Made by a program: the position numbers and the translations under genes. The notes beneath the pieces were generated by a model. The model saw nothing but the letters and a program-made list of their open reading frames with translations, did not search any database and had not been told where the DNA came from. Of a DNA stretch of 64,000 bases, positions 53,580-64,000 are shown one piece after another (position 1 is the first letter of the stretch; every line of letters starts with the position of its first letter). Origin of the DNA: Podarcis filfolensis (Eukaryota); NCBI GenBank assembly GCA_964270895.1, contig OZ185437.1. One strand, written 5' to 3'.

Positions 53580-54314
53580 TGAAAATTTCAGTAAGGGTGG
53601 CTATAATATGTAGAATCCAGTACATAGTATTAGACTTACGGAAATCCAATTGACGTTAATATGCCGAGGATGAAATCCAACATCACAAGTGAAATTTTTG
53701 CTTGCATGACAGGACTGCTCCTTCCTCTCCTCTCCCTGCACCCTCCCAAATGCAGAGGGGGGAGAAGAATGAGAGATTCTGTTGCACATGTGCAAGGCCA
53801 TTCTGCTAGCAGATGAGGCACGACTGGATATCATCCTCAATTTATGAGTATTGGAAGATTGGACTAATTTACAAAGTGAATGATGCTAAAGAGCAGAGAT
53901 GATGCTTCTTGAATTCCTTTTTTTGTAAACTCTCTGGCCCTCATAATTGGGGGTGGATTCATCCATTTTGTTGGTGTTGAATAAGTTGACAGCACAGCAA
54001 AAAGGAAATAAATTTGGTGTTCCATGCTTGTGTGGTTGTTCCCAATGTTAGCTCTTATTTATAACAAGAGAGGATCTATAAGGCTTTTAAAAAAGAGAGA
54101 TTTGAATTGTTCTGTCCTCTGTTGTTCTGTGTTTAAAGATGGCTGAGGCTGTTAAGATCCAGGGTATCTTGAGAGTGATGCCAGCAGCAGGAGAGCACAG
54201 AGAAGGCACGGGGAGGGAAATTCTGCATCCTGACTGGTTGTACAGACACATGGAGGATAAACACACTGTTCCATAAAGTAACAGAAACATTACAGAATGT
54301 TTTTCTCCTTATAG

Positions 54315-54381
54315 ACACCTCTAGCTCCCCCTGAAGTCCAACAGCAATATTTATCAAGTATTCAGCACCTTCTAGGAGATG
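54315..54381 (+). CDS. PEX3: PEX3 exon 6
   Basis: [22 protein letters not shown]; AG/GT boundaries. Confidence 0.96.
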
Positions 54382-54479
54382 GTATGATATCTGTAAACCT
54401 CTTCCTACGTAGTGCCAATATTTGCAAAGTTTGAACAAATGGGTAGCTAGTCTTCAGTAACTTTTTCCTTCTGCCTTAG

Positions 54480-54534
54480 GTTTGACTGAATTAATTACTG
54501 TGGTTAAAAAAGCTGTGCAGGATGCATTTGGGAG
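54480..54534 (+). CDS. PEX3: PEX3 exon 7
   Basis: LTELITVVKKAVQDAFG; AG/GT boundaries. Confidence 0.95.
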
Positions 54535-54640
54535 GTAAAAAATTGGCTTTTAAAAAAGTTTTCATGTGTATTTTTAAAGTAATTCATTGGGATGCATTCA
54601 ACTGATGTGATAAATAATGTTTAACTCCTTCCCCCTGCAG

Positions 54641-54809
54641 TGTTTCTCTCAAACATGCTCTTTCTCTCTTGGATTTGGACCAGAAGCTACAAGAAATTAG
54701 AAAGGTGATAGAACAACCTGGAGATGGGTCATCATCTGAAGACACTGGGTCCCAGTCTCTGCTGTGTCATTACATGATGCCAGATGAAGAGAATCCATTA
54801 GCTACCCAG
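54641..54809 (+). CDS. PEX3: PEX3 exon 8
   Basis: [25 protein letters not shown]...[17 protein letters not shown]; AG/GT boundaries. Confidence 0.96.
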
Positions 54810-55061
54810 GTATTTTCATAGTATTGTGAGCAGGGAACCAAACCAAACGTGAAGTTGTTTGGGACGGGGCAGAGATTGGCTCTGGGTTTTTAAAAAAGTA
54901 GCAGAATTTAAACTTGAAACTCAAATCTTTTAGTTTGCTTCCGTCTGAACCAGAACCAGACCTTTCCGAACAAAAAAGGTTCAACATAAATAAAGTAATC
55001 CTGTACATTCACTTGGAGCACTATCCAAGTTGCTTTTATGCTCTGTTGTTTGTCTTTCTAG

Positions 55062-55132
55062 GCCAGTGGACTTACAGAAGGAGATGTGGCTACTATTAAA
55101 TTACTTAATGAGACAAGAGACATGTTGGACAG
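55062..55132 (+). CDS. PEX3: PEX3 exon 9
   Basis: ASGLTEGDVATIKLLNETRDMLD; AG/GT boundaries. Confidence 0.96.
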
Positions 55133-55670
55133 GTATGCAGCAAATGTTATTTTTGGTAACTTAGGCTAAGTAAACTTAGGAAATAGGAAACTCATTTTTT
55201 ATCAGAGTGGAGAAATTGAAGGTGATTTTGCATAACAAAGTATCTTTTTTTAAAAAAAAAAGCCTTTCTCAAATTCTTTGATTCTCCACTTCCCTTGTCC
55301 CTGTTTGAGCAAACCACAGTTTGCTGTTTTATCCAAACTGAGAAAATATAGCTTGTCTCTAAACTTGGGGTTGAAGCTCATTTTAATTACTGGCAAAGAC
55401 GCAAACTTTGCTTCATAGAGATGAGGGTGGGGAGTGAATTGGAGCAAGAAGAGCAGAGGAAGAACAAATAAGCCTCCAGTATATTCTTTCAGGCCCAGCC
55501 AGAGAGCCCTGGAGGTGCCTGAAATGCCCCATTTCTAGTTTAGTGTTATGTTTGATCTAGCCTTGTATCCCCATCAGCAAAGTATCAGTTTTATTTAAAT
55601 TGCATTTTAAATACGTTGGCATGTAGAGAGGGATTTATATATCTATTATTATTTGATTGATTTATTCCAG

Positions 55671-55793
55671 TCCAGATTTCAATAGAGTTTTGAGTTCATG
55701 CTTAAATAGAGGGTTCAGTCGATTACTGGACAACATGGCAGAATTCTTCAGACCCACCGAACAGGACTTATGCCATAGTAGTTCCATGAACAG
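55671..55793 (+). CDS. PEX3: PEX3 exon 10
   Basis: [40 protein letters not shown]; AG/GT boundaries. Confidence 0.96.
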
Positions 55794-56443
55794 GTAAACA
55801 TCTTTAAACATGTTTTAATATGAATGCTTTTCAATGTAGAAGAATCTAAGTATAGTCAGAGTTTTACTTACTATTTCACTATTATCAGTTTCTCAAAAAA
55901 ATAGTTGAGGTTTCACCAAGATCACACAGCAATCCTGCCAAATGGATCAGTTTTAGGCTGAATTTTTAACAAAAACAATGTCTCAACATAGTTTGGACTG
56001 TGCTCTTCTTCCAGCAAAATGTGTTAACCCTTTGTTTAATTATGAGTAATTAGCCTTAAAATAAGACAGATCTGCTGTCTAGCAAGATTGAATACTCTCT
56101 CAGACTCCATTAAGTTAATTTTCTTTTCAAATTCTTTTTATTTAAAGTTCCTCTCCACTTCCCGAAAAACACACTGCACAAACTTTCTTATGGGAGACAC
56201 TGATTTTAGCATACATAAAGAGAGCCATTTTGAAAAGAGAAGTAAAAGAAGGCAGAATGCTTCCTTGTAATCAGGTGCAGTGTTGGCACTTTTGAATGGA
56301 AGTGGGATACAAACTCTGCTCCCCCACACCCTGAATCTTCATGCCGGCCATCAAATAAACCAACGTGCATTGGCCAGCCAGATGACCACCATACATAGGA
56401 GCCAAGAGACTCCCATTCAGAAATACAGCTACTATATAGCACC

Positions 56444-56510
56444 ATATAGCTCAGTTGGTTAGAGCATGGTGCTGATAACGCCAAGGTAGCAGGTTTGATT
56501 CCCGTATGGG

Positions 56511-56551
<41 letters not shown>

Positions 56552-56917
56552 TTATTATTTGTACCCCGCCCATCTGGCTGGGTTTCCCCAGCCACTCTGG
56601 GCGGCTTCCATAGAAACCAAAAATACACTAAAATATCACACATTAAAAACTTCCCTGAACAGGGCTGCCTTAAGATGTCTTCTGAATGTCAGGTAGTTAT
56701 TTATCGCTTTGACATCTGATGGGAGGGCGTTCCACAGGGCGGGCGCCACTACCGAGAAGGCCCTCTGCCTGGTTCCCTGTAGCTTTGCTTCTCGCAATGA
56801 GGGGACCGCCAGAAGGCCCTCGGCGTTGGACCTCAGCTGCATATTCCTGCATTGCAGGGAGTTGGACTAGATGATCCTCAGGGTCCCTTCCAACTCTCAA
56901 GATTTTATGAATCTATG
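56444..56917 (+). mobile_element. tRNA-Ile-derived SINE with CR1-type tail (Squam2-like), split by an L2 insertion
   Basis: Head 56444-56511 (tagctcagttggttagagc...gtttgattcccgtatggga). Body resumes near 56834 (cagctgcatattcctgcattgcaggg...cccttccaactct...atctatg). Confidence 0.85.
56512..56836 (-). mobile_element. L2 LINE 3' end with (TTA)n tail
   Basis: Minus ORF LRSNAEGLLAVPSLREAKLQGTRQRAFSVVAPALWNALPSDVKAINNYLTFRRHLKAALF (L2 RT C-terminus), then 3' UTR and trinucleotide tail 56512-56551. Confidence 0.9.
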
Positions 56918-57168
56918 CCACCCACCCACAATGTCTCATCTGGACCAGGAGCCAGACAGGGAGGGTGGCTGAATGAGTGTGTGTAGGCTGGAGCACCTGT
57001 GGAACTGGTTAGGGGTTGTGTGCTGCCAGCTCCAAACTGACAGGCCGTGAGTGGTAGCATGGGATGGGCTGATGAAGGGCCCTTTTGATCTTCTGGGGTT
57101 CAGTCAGTCCCCAACCTGGCTGAGCTTTTCCCCGGGCAGATATTATGTGTTTACTATTCTTCTTCTGA

Positions 57169-57393
<225 letters not shown>

Positions 57394-57945
57394 TAATAGT
57401 TTTTCTGCACTTAGTTTTCAGGGTGTCTTATAAACAAAATTAAACAGTACAAATGAGGAGAAATCCAATTAAAATAATTTCACACCCAAAATATGAAAAT
57501 GTAGACCTGTCAGCCTGCTTTGTATTGTTGCCATTAGTATATTTTTAAGCCTTTAAAAGTGCACTAAGCTCTCTACCAAAAGTAAACTAGACTTGTTGCT
57601 GTCATAATGTTTCACATCTTATTAATCAAAATATGAAGAAATGTGTAGAGTTCAGGTATGCACATTTTACACTGCATAAACACAGGAAGTGAGACTGCCA
57701 GGATGACACATTTTATTCTGAGTGGAAGAAATAGAATCCATCCCCCTTTTTGGTTAGGCTTCCAGGTTGGTTATGGCTGAGGCAAAAGCCGTTTTAGTGT
57801 CCCCGGTAGATGATCCACATATGTAAGATAGAACATTTCCATCTTAACAGTTTTGAACTTCTCAGCCTCTAACAGTGCATGAAGTAACGTGCCAAGCAAT
57901 TCTGTTTACCCAGGCTTGAAGTGTTAACAGGGGGTTACTTGCTGA

Positions 57946-58095
<150 letters not shown>

Positions 58096-58356
58096 ACTGC
58101 ACAGAGGGGTGTACATATGATCCGTAGTGCCCAGTCCTGTGAATACTTCATTTGATAACGAATCTCTTCAGAATGGTACAAGATTATTAATCCCTGCAAA
58201 AAGAATTGTCTTTTGAGAAAATCCAGCACCTGGGTTTTATACTGATAGAGCTCACCAGACTTAAGTAAATTTAAGGGGGAAGTATCATTACACTGCAGGC
58301 CTTTGTGTTGAAGCAGTCTCAGTTACAAATCACTTGTTTGCAAAAGACAGTGCAAA

Positions 58357-59092
58357 AATAAATAAATCTGCCTACAGTAACCTCCCCCCCGCCCCGCCCC
58401 GCCCCCATAAGAAGTACATCTGGCTTCAAAAGTGTGCAGGCAATGTCAGGCTTCGTCTCTCTTGACCCAGTGGGGAGGTGGTTATCTTTCCCCAGTCTCC
58501 CCTCAACCCAGAGACTGTGGTTGACCTATGAAATGAGTTCACAGATTGGCTGCAGCAGGTAACACATTAAGAACGGGTGGGGGAGAGAGCCACTCCCACT
58601 GTACTCAGCACCTCTTCTCTTGGTGGCAGGGGAAGATCAGGAGTAGCTTGTCTCAGCACCAATCAGCTGTGAAGCAGGGTAGAACATGTCCTACGTGCCC
58701 TTCCCCTATGGTAGTTGTAAGCCATGAGAGGTTTCACTCAAAAGCTGATCATACCATCTACTACTACGAAAAGGGGAGATGCAGTCAAGCTTCCTTTACT
58801 CCCAGCTGTCTCTTCAACTTCTTACCTGCTAGCCTGAGTGAGTCTATAAGAATGTGAGAACAGGAGTGGGGTATGTGGCCTTCTGTGCTTTAGGCTGCTG
58901 GTTCCAAATGCGTATATTTAGAACACGGTTATCTTCTGAACAACGCAATGCTGAGTGCTTACTCTACTGTTTCATATTCAGAGTAGATGGTTCCTAGAAA
59001 ATATATTTATGCTGTTTGTAAATGGCTCCTGCTGTATACATTCATTTGTAAATATTTTTAATTGGAATATCTGTTAAATATCTGACAATAAA
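58357..59092 (+). terminator. Candidate PEX3 polyadenylation signals
   Basis: AATAAA at 58357/58361 (proximal) and 59087 (distal, followed by GT-rich sequence). Confidence 0.5.
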
Positions 59093-60899
59093 TTATTTTA
59101 ACAAAGATTGTGTGTGGTAACTTGCAACATCCTAAGCACGCCGTTCAGTGATGTATTTGTGCAATTTTGAACTGTAGGGGACTGGATGCAGTGCTTTATT
59201 TTTTGTATATAAAAAAATCAGTTGTAACTTCAGCACAAAAAGAAGCATTAAACATATTAGTAGTCTTGCTGTAGCTATACCTACTTATTATGTAGCAAAT
59301 TTATTCTATTAGATTCTACTTTATATATGTAAGAGGGCCCCCTAGCAGCTTACAAAAGTTTCTAAAAAAATAAAATGCAGTCAAATACAGTAATCACATT
59401 GCATTCAAGTAGAACCAGGTTTATTTAGGCTGTATTTCTTGTCCTTGTCCTTTTCCTTCTCTGGTTTTGTAGCAGGAAACAGTTCCCACCAAGCTCCTTT
59501 TGAGGCAAAGGAGTGGGACTGAGCAACTAGAACTTGCCCAACCCATAACGAAAGCAAATATATAGTACATTCACACAGAGAAAAAAGAGTTTGGTTGTAA
59601 ATCAACAAGGCAACTGGACTTCAACATTAATTTCTCCTTATAGAACCTCAGCTGCTTTATTAAAGTGTTTCACGAAGATTACAATTACACAAATTTTTAA
59701 ATTAGCAATAATTTTCTTTTTTTCAAGTCACAAACTGCAAGATACCCAAAGAGGTGATAGCTTTAGAATCTTACCTGTCTGGTACTTAAGTAACTGAACG
59801 TACATGTATCAAAATTTAAGAAGTATATAATTGTAGGCCATTTCTCACTAATCAGAACTATTACCCAAGTCCTAATATGTAATTTTATATTCAAGGAAAG
59901 TGTGATGGGGTAATATTGAGGTAGGTTATAGGACTGAGGAAACTCTGACACCCAACTCCAGCGAAATGGAATCGAATATTACTGAAACCAATGGAAGAAG
60001 TTGAAATTCACAGCTACTTACCACTTATCCCTACTGAAAACAATCCTAAACACTTAACTTGAGCATATTCCATCAAACATAGTAGGACTGTTGCATAAAC
60101 AATGGTAGGATTGTATTGTTTGTCATACTTAACTTTATCTGGATTTAATACCTGCATTTAAAAAACAAACCAGGCCTAAACACAAGCATCAAAATTTGAA
60201 TAACACGATTTATAGTCAAATTCAGTGTACAGCATTTCAGTTTTAGAATGCCTCAACACTTTTTGTCCAAAGTTATTTGAGCACCAATTCTAACATTAGG
60301 CATGGCGGACTCCCCCGCCGCCCTTGGTTGCTTTTTAAAGCCAAAATACTTTTCTTTTTAAGACACATAATAACTTTTCTGTTTAATCTGTCTTTTGTGA
60401 GCCTCATAAGATGACTCTTCCCAAGGCCCAAAACCTTGAGCGGTTTTGCCTGACTGGTCTATGTCCCTAAACTCTAGTAATCCCTCTTGCTTGTGGGGCT
60501 GGAGGATAGAGAGCGGGGTGCAAGTGAAAAAACTAGCCTACTGTACAACGTAAAATTCACTTTAATTGCTCTGCTCACTTTTGCCTCTGGCTCAGCTCTG
60601 CACTGGCATTTGGTCCCTAGGTTACCCCAAAGGAAATGTGTCCCTGGGACTCAAAATAGTTCATCGCTTCACTCTGCGGTTTACTTGCACTTCCTGCCTA
60701 GTTGTGGTAGATTCTGCCTAATTTCATAGGTCCTCTTTTCAAAAACTGAAGCTGGAACAAGATCAGTGCATGAATCTTCCTATAGATTATTTCTGTTTTG
60801 GATATATATCCCCTGTCACCTCAGAAGTAAGCCATGGTGAGTGAGCTCTGATTGTTCACCAAAATAATAATAATAACCAAAAGTGAAGGATGTCTGTTG

Positions 60900-61040
60900 C
60901 TAATAGATGTTAGTCAGCTGCAGAGTCCAGCCCCACTGATACGGAAATATAGTGAACGGCAATTGAGGTGCGACTACCATCATTCCCTTCTCCCCCATGG
61001 AAACCCATGGCAATGGTTCTTCATATCCAATCAGCTTAAC
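60900..61040 (-). CDS. FUCA2: FUCA2 exon 7, coding part
   Basis: VKLIGYEEPLPWVSMGEKGMMVVAPQLPFTIFPYQWGWTLQLTNIY*. Confidence 0.94.
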   Translation of the reverse strand, partial: VKLIGYEEPLPWVSMGEKGMMVVAPQLPFTIFPYQWGWTLQLTNIY

Positions 61041-61326
61041 CTGAAACACAAAAGCTTTTATTAAAATGGTAGAAGCCGTTCAAAGAGATGCTGACTCTCT
61101 TAAGATCTTGCACTTAAAAGTTTCTGTCTCTCCAGATGAGAATAGCCATATTCTGGAATTAATGGGTGTTAAACAACAACATTGACTAGCCTTGTAAACT
61201 AATCTGTTAGGGGTGTTATATGCGGATGATCTTGCTTTGCTGGAATGCATTTCATGTTCTTTCTAGTCCTGAAATTCTTCAAGAGAAATTGTACAGAAGT
61301 CATAAAAATAGGCAAATATTCCTTAC

Positions 61327-61435
61327 CACTGTCTTTCCGGTAACGCCTTTTGGTTCCCCAAGCATCAGAGTTCCTGAAGATGGCCAGTTAAAGAAAATGG
61401 CATACAGAATGTCTTCTTTTGGCTTGAATGTATAC
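61327..61435 (-). CDS. FUCA2: FUCA2 exon 6
   Basis: (W)YTFKPKEDILYAIFFNWPSSGTLMLGEPKGVTGKTV; AG/GT boundaries. Confidence 0.95.
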
Positions 61436-62123
61436 CTAGTAGGAGTTAACAAACGAAGAATCAATTTTTCTAAAGATCACAGGTGAAACTACCTAGCCTA
61501 CAAACAATTTGGGACCCTCGCCAGCAAAGCTGTTTAGTAACCATTGCAAATACTGCACACCTCAGAAGTGTGTTGTTATTTTAAACCACCTCTTTTTCTA
61601 GAGAAGAAGGACCAATAGTTTAGAAATAGTAATCCCACACATCATACGGAAGACAAAACTAGATAGCTTAGTCAAAATGATTGACCATGTATGTGTGGGG
61701 GTGTTTAATGAAATAGCAGCTATGGAGGAAGAGGGTGATTCTGATCAAGACCACAGCATTTTGGGGGAGGATTTGCTCTCGCCCATTGCATAGTTTCGAT
61801 CTAGATTGCACCCTTCCTTAAATGCTATTTTCAACAGAAGGGAAGCTCCCATTGATACCAATGGAACTTTCCTCGTGGGGTTAACAGCAGCTGCAACAAA
61901 GGCAGGGGCTGTTTCAATCTGGATCAAGAGCAAAGTGTTAAAAGTCTCACTGCACAAATGCCACATTCCTGATTCAGTTCTCCCTGATTCAGTTACATCA
62001 TACCTTGCTTGTGAAGGGAGTCAAATGAGGGGGAAGTGAAATATATCCAAGATAGCAGAACAATAACAAAAGTAAACTTAACGTTGGTACAGTACTTCCT
62101 GTGTTTTTGCTTCACGGACTTAC

Positions 62124-62314
62124 CATACTCCTGGTGTGGCACTGTCATTCTGAGCTCTCCAAGGTTTAGTGCTGAAAATGGCTTCCCCATTGAGGGCCAG
62201 CCATGACCCCATTTGCTTCAAGCGCTCCTCAAAAATAACAGGAATGCGGCCATCGTGGGTGGGCCCGATGTTCAACAAGAGATTTCCTCCACATGACACT
62301 GTTTCTACAAGTTC
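62124..62314 (-). CDS. FUCA2: FUCA2 exon 5
   Basis: [63 protein letters not shown](W); AG/GT boundaries. Confidence 0.97.
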
Positions 62315-62462
62315 CTGAAATTATATAGGAAGAGGAGCAATGAAAAGCCGCACTGGGTTTGGCATTCCCAACATAGCTGCCCAGCGTTTGAGATGGCACA
62401 TTTATGTAGGTTGTTAAGCCTAAATTCATGCTTCTGTTACAACATTGTCAGTACCTTGCTGT

Positions 62463-62708
62463 AGAAGAAGAGGAGGAGTTCGGATTTGATATCCCACTTT
62501 ATCACTACCCGAAGGAGTCTCAAGCGGCTAACATTCTCCTTTCCCTTCCTCCCCTACAACAAACACTCTGTGAGGTGAGTGGGGCTGAGAGACTTCAGAG
62601 AAGTGTGACTAGCCCAAGGTCACCCAGCAGCTACATGTGGAGGAGCGGAGATGCGAAACCGGTTCACCAGATTACGAGTCTACCGCTCTTAACCACCACA
62701 CCACACTG
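62463..62708 (-). mobile_element. tRNA-derived SINE (Squam3-like)
   Basis: Reverse-complement homolog of 15033-15269, with a TCT-type tail. Confidence 0.85.
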
Positions 62709-62730
62709 TAGGTTCAAAGAAAGTTTAACT

Positions 62731-62868
62731 CATGGATGGGGAAACTGTGGCCTTTCAGATGATGTTGGACTCCAAACCCCATCAGCCCCAGCTAACATGT
62801 CCGGTTGTAAGGGTTGATGGGAGCTGTAGTTCAACAACATCTAGAGGGAGACAAGTCCCCCAACCCTT
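62731..62868. mobile_element. hAT-type fold-back MITE
   Basis: catggatggggaaactgtggcc...caagtcccccaaccctt; imperfect TSD gtttaact / gtctagct. Confidence 0.65.
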
Positions 62869-63194
62869 GTCTAGCTGTTCACCTGGAAGTGCTCCTTCTG
62901 GGAATCAACATGGTCGTTTCATTAGTGGGCTCCTTAGTACCTTTTTTGTGGCCACTAGCCCTTTAAAATGAAAAACAGCTCTTGCACAATTATTTATCTA
63001 TTCATCCCACCCTTCCTCCCAAAGGAGCCCAGGATCCGCAATAATTTTTAAAAAGCATTCTAAAAAAAATTTAAATTATTCTAAAGAAAGTTACAATTAT
63101 CAACATTGTCTCATCTAGTGAACTCAGGGTTGCCAGGAACCGTATCTGAAAGAATGCAAGAATTGACAGCCCCAGATTATTTATCTGGTTTTAC

Positions 63195-63405
63195 CTTTAC
63201 AAGCTCTTCAATTGTTAGGTAGTCACTCAACTGTGCATTCCTCCGGTATCCCCAGGAATTTTTGTCTATCGTCATACAGTTTTCCCACTTATGGGGCAAA
63301 AGGTGTCCTGGGTTATAACGATCGGCACACGTGTAATAGCCTCCATGTTTACAAATGCAGTCAGCTCCCCAGCGATCATTTGTTACAACCATGTCCCGAA
63401 CAGGG
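63195..63405 (-). CDS. FUCA2: FUCA2 exon 4
   Basis: [70 protein letters not shown]; AG/GT boundaries. Confidence 0.97.
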
Positions 63406-64000
63406 CTGGGGAGGGGGAGAATATATTGTTCAGATACAGTGCTTTATTTTAACAGGAAGCTCAGTAGATCCCATATAAGCAGTTTACTATTCTCGAATGC
63501 TTCCTAATAGGTAGGACTTAAAAAAACCAACTGATGCAGTGGTACACTCTGTGCATTTTCTTTTAAATCAAATATTTTAACCTAGGTGATTATGCACTTC
63601 TGGATGTTTAAAAACAGCTAACACTTGTGGATACTATACAAAACCACAACCTCATCGTTTCTGCTCTAGCATGCTACACTTGTGGGGATTCTACATGTAT
63701 TTGGAAGTATTTTCTAACTTAGAAATGCCAGTGTCTTTAAAAAGCTAATCCACTTCAAGCACCAAGATTTTTGCACTAGTTTTTTGTGGATTTTTTAAAG
63801 AGTGCCAATCCTCTTTTTTTGAGTATTTGCTACTGGAACTTTTGGGGGCCCCCAAGGGATGTCACTGGACATAGTCCCTCAGCTTTGGCTTCAAAATGTA
63901 TATGTGCTCTAATCATCACCTGGAGGAAGATCAGGGGCTTTGCTTCAAGGTGTTCTATTTTATCACCCCGGCAAGGTAATAGCATTTTGTATTTTCACAT

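Larger units (their letters stand above)
60900..63405 (-). other. FUCA2: FUCA2 gene, 3' part (plasma alpha-L-fucosidase, GH29); 5' exons lie beyond the window
   Basis: complement(join(60900..61040,61327..61435,62124..62314,63195..63405)); exon sizes 141/109/191/211; synteny with PEX3 favours FUCA2 over FUCA1. Confidence 0.94.

Noticed and set aside
56440-56512. tRNA-Ile(GAT)-like sequence
   Set aside because: The acceptor stem does not pair, the B box is mutated (TTTGATT), and it continues as a SINE body after the L2 insertion.

Overview
Vertebrate genomic DNA, most likely a lacertid lizard (inferred from Sauria/POM-type SINEs and other squamate repeats). It carries the gene block known from human 6q24, which I identified from recalled protein sequences and matching exon sizes. 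AIG1 (+): last 3 coding exons, 3896-12147. ADAT2 (-): complete, 6 exons, 182 aa, 40614-48292. PEX3 (+): complete, 12 exons, 373 aa, 48552-58095, head-to-head with ADAT2 on a CpG-rich bidirectional promoter. FUCA2 (-): last 4 coding exons, 60900-63405. The 28-kb AIG1-ADAT2 interval holds a decayed processed pseudogene of PMPCA. Scattered through the window are SINEs, hAT and Tc2-type MITEs, CR1/L2/L1/Penelope fragments and a solo LTR. The most unusual observation is ADAT2 intron 3, a U12-type (minor spliceosome) intron that appears to have non-canonical GT...AT ends. Other notable items are a promoter-motif cluster directly upstream of the PMPCA retrocopy, a fold-back palindrome at a SINE insertion junction, a 31-bp direct repeat flanking ADAT2 exon 3, and an isolated 70-nt hairpin. 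I found no CRISPR array, rRNA, functional tRNA or new multi-gene system. Most ORFs in the supplied track are spurious. Exon numbering follows the human genes as I recall them, and repeat family names are from memory, not from a database search.
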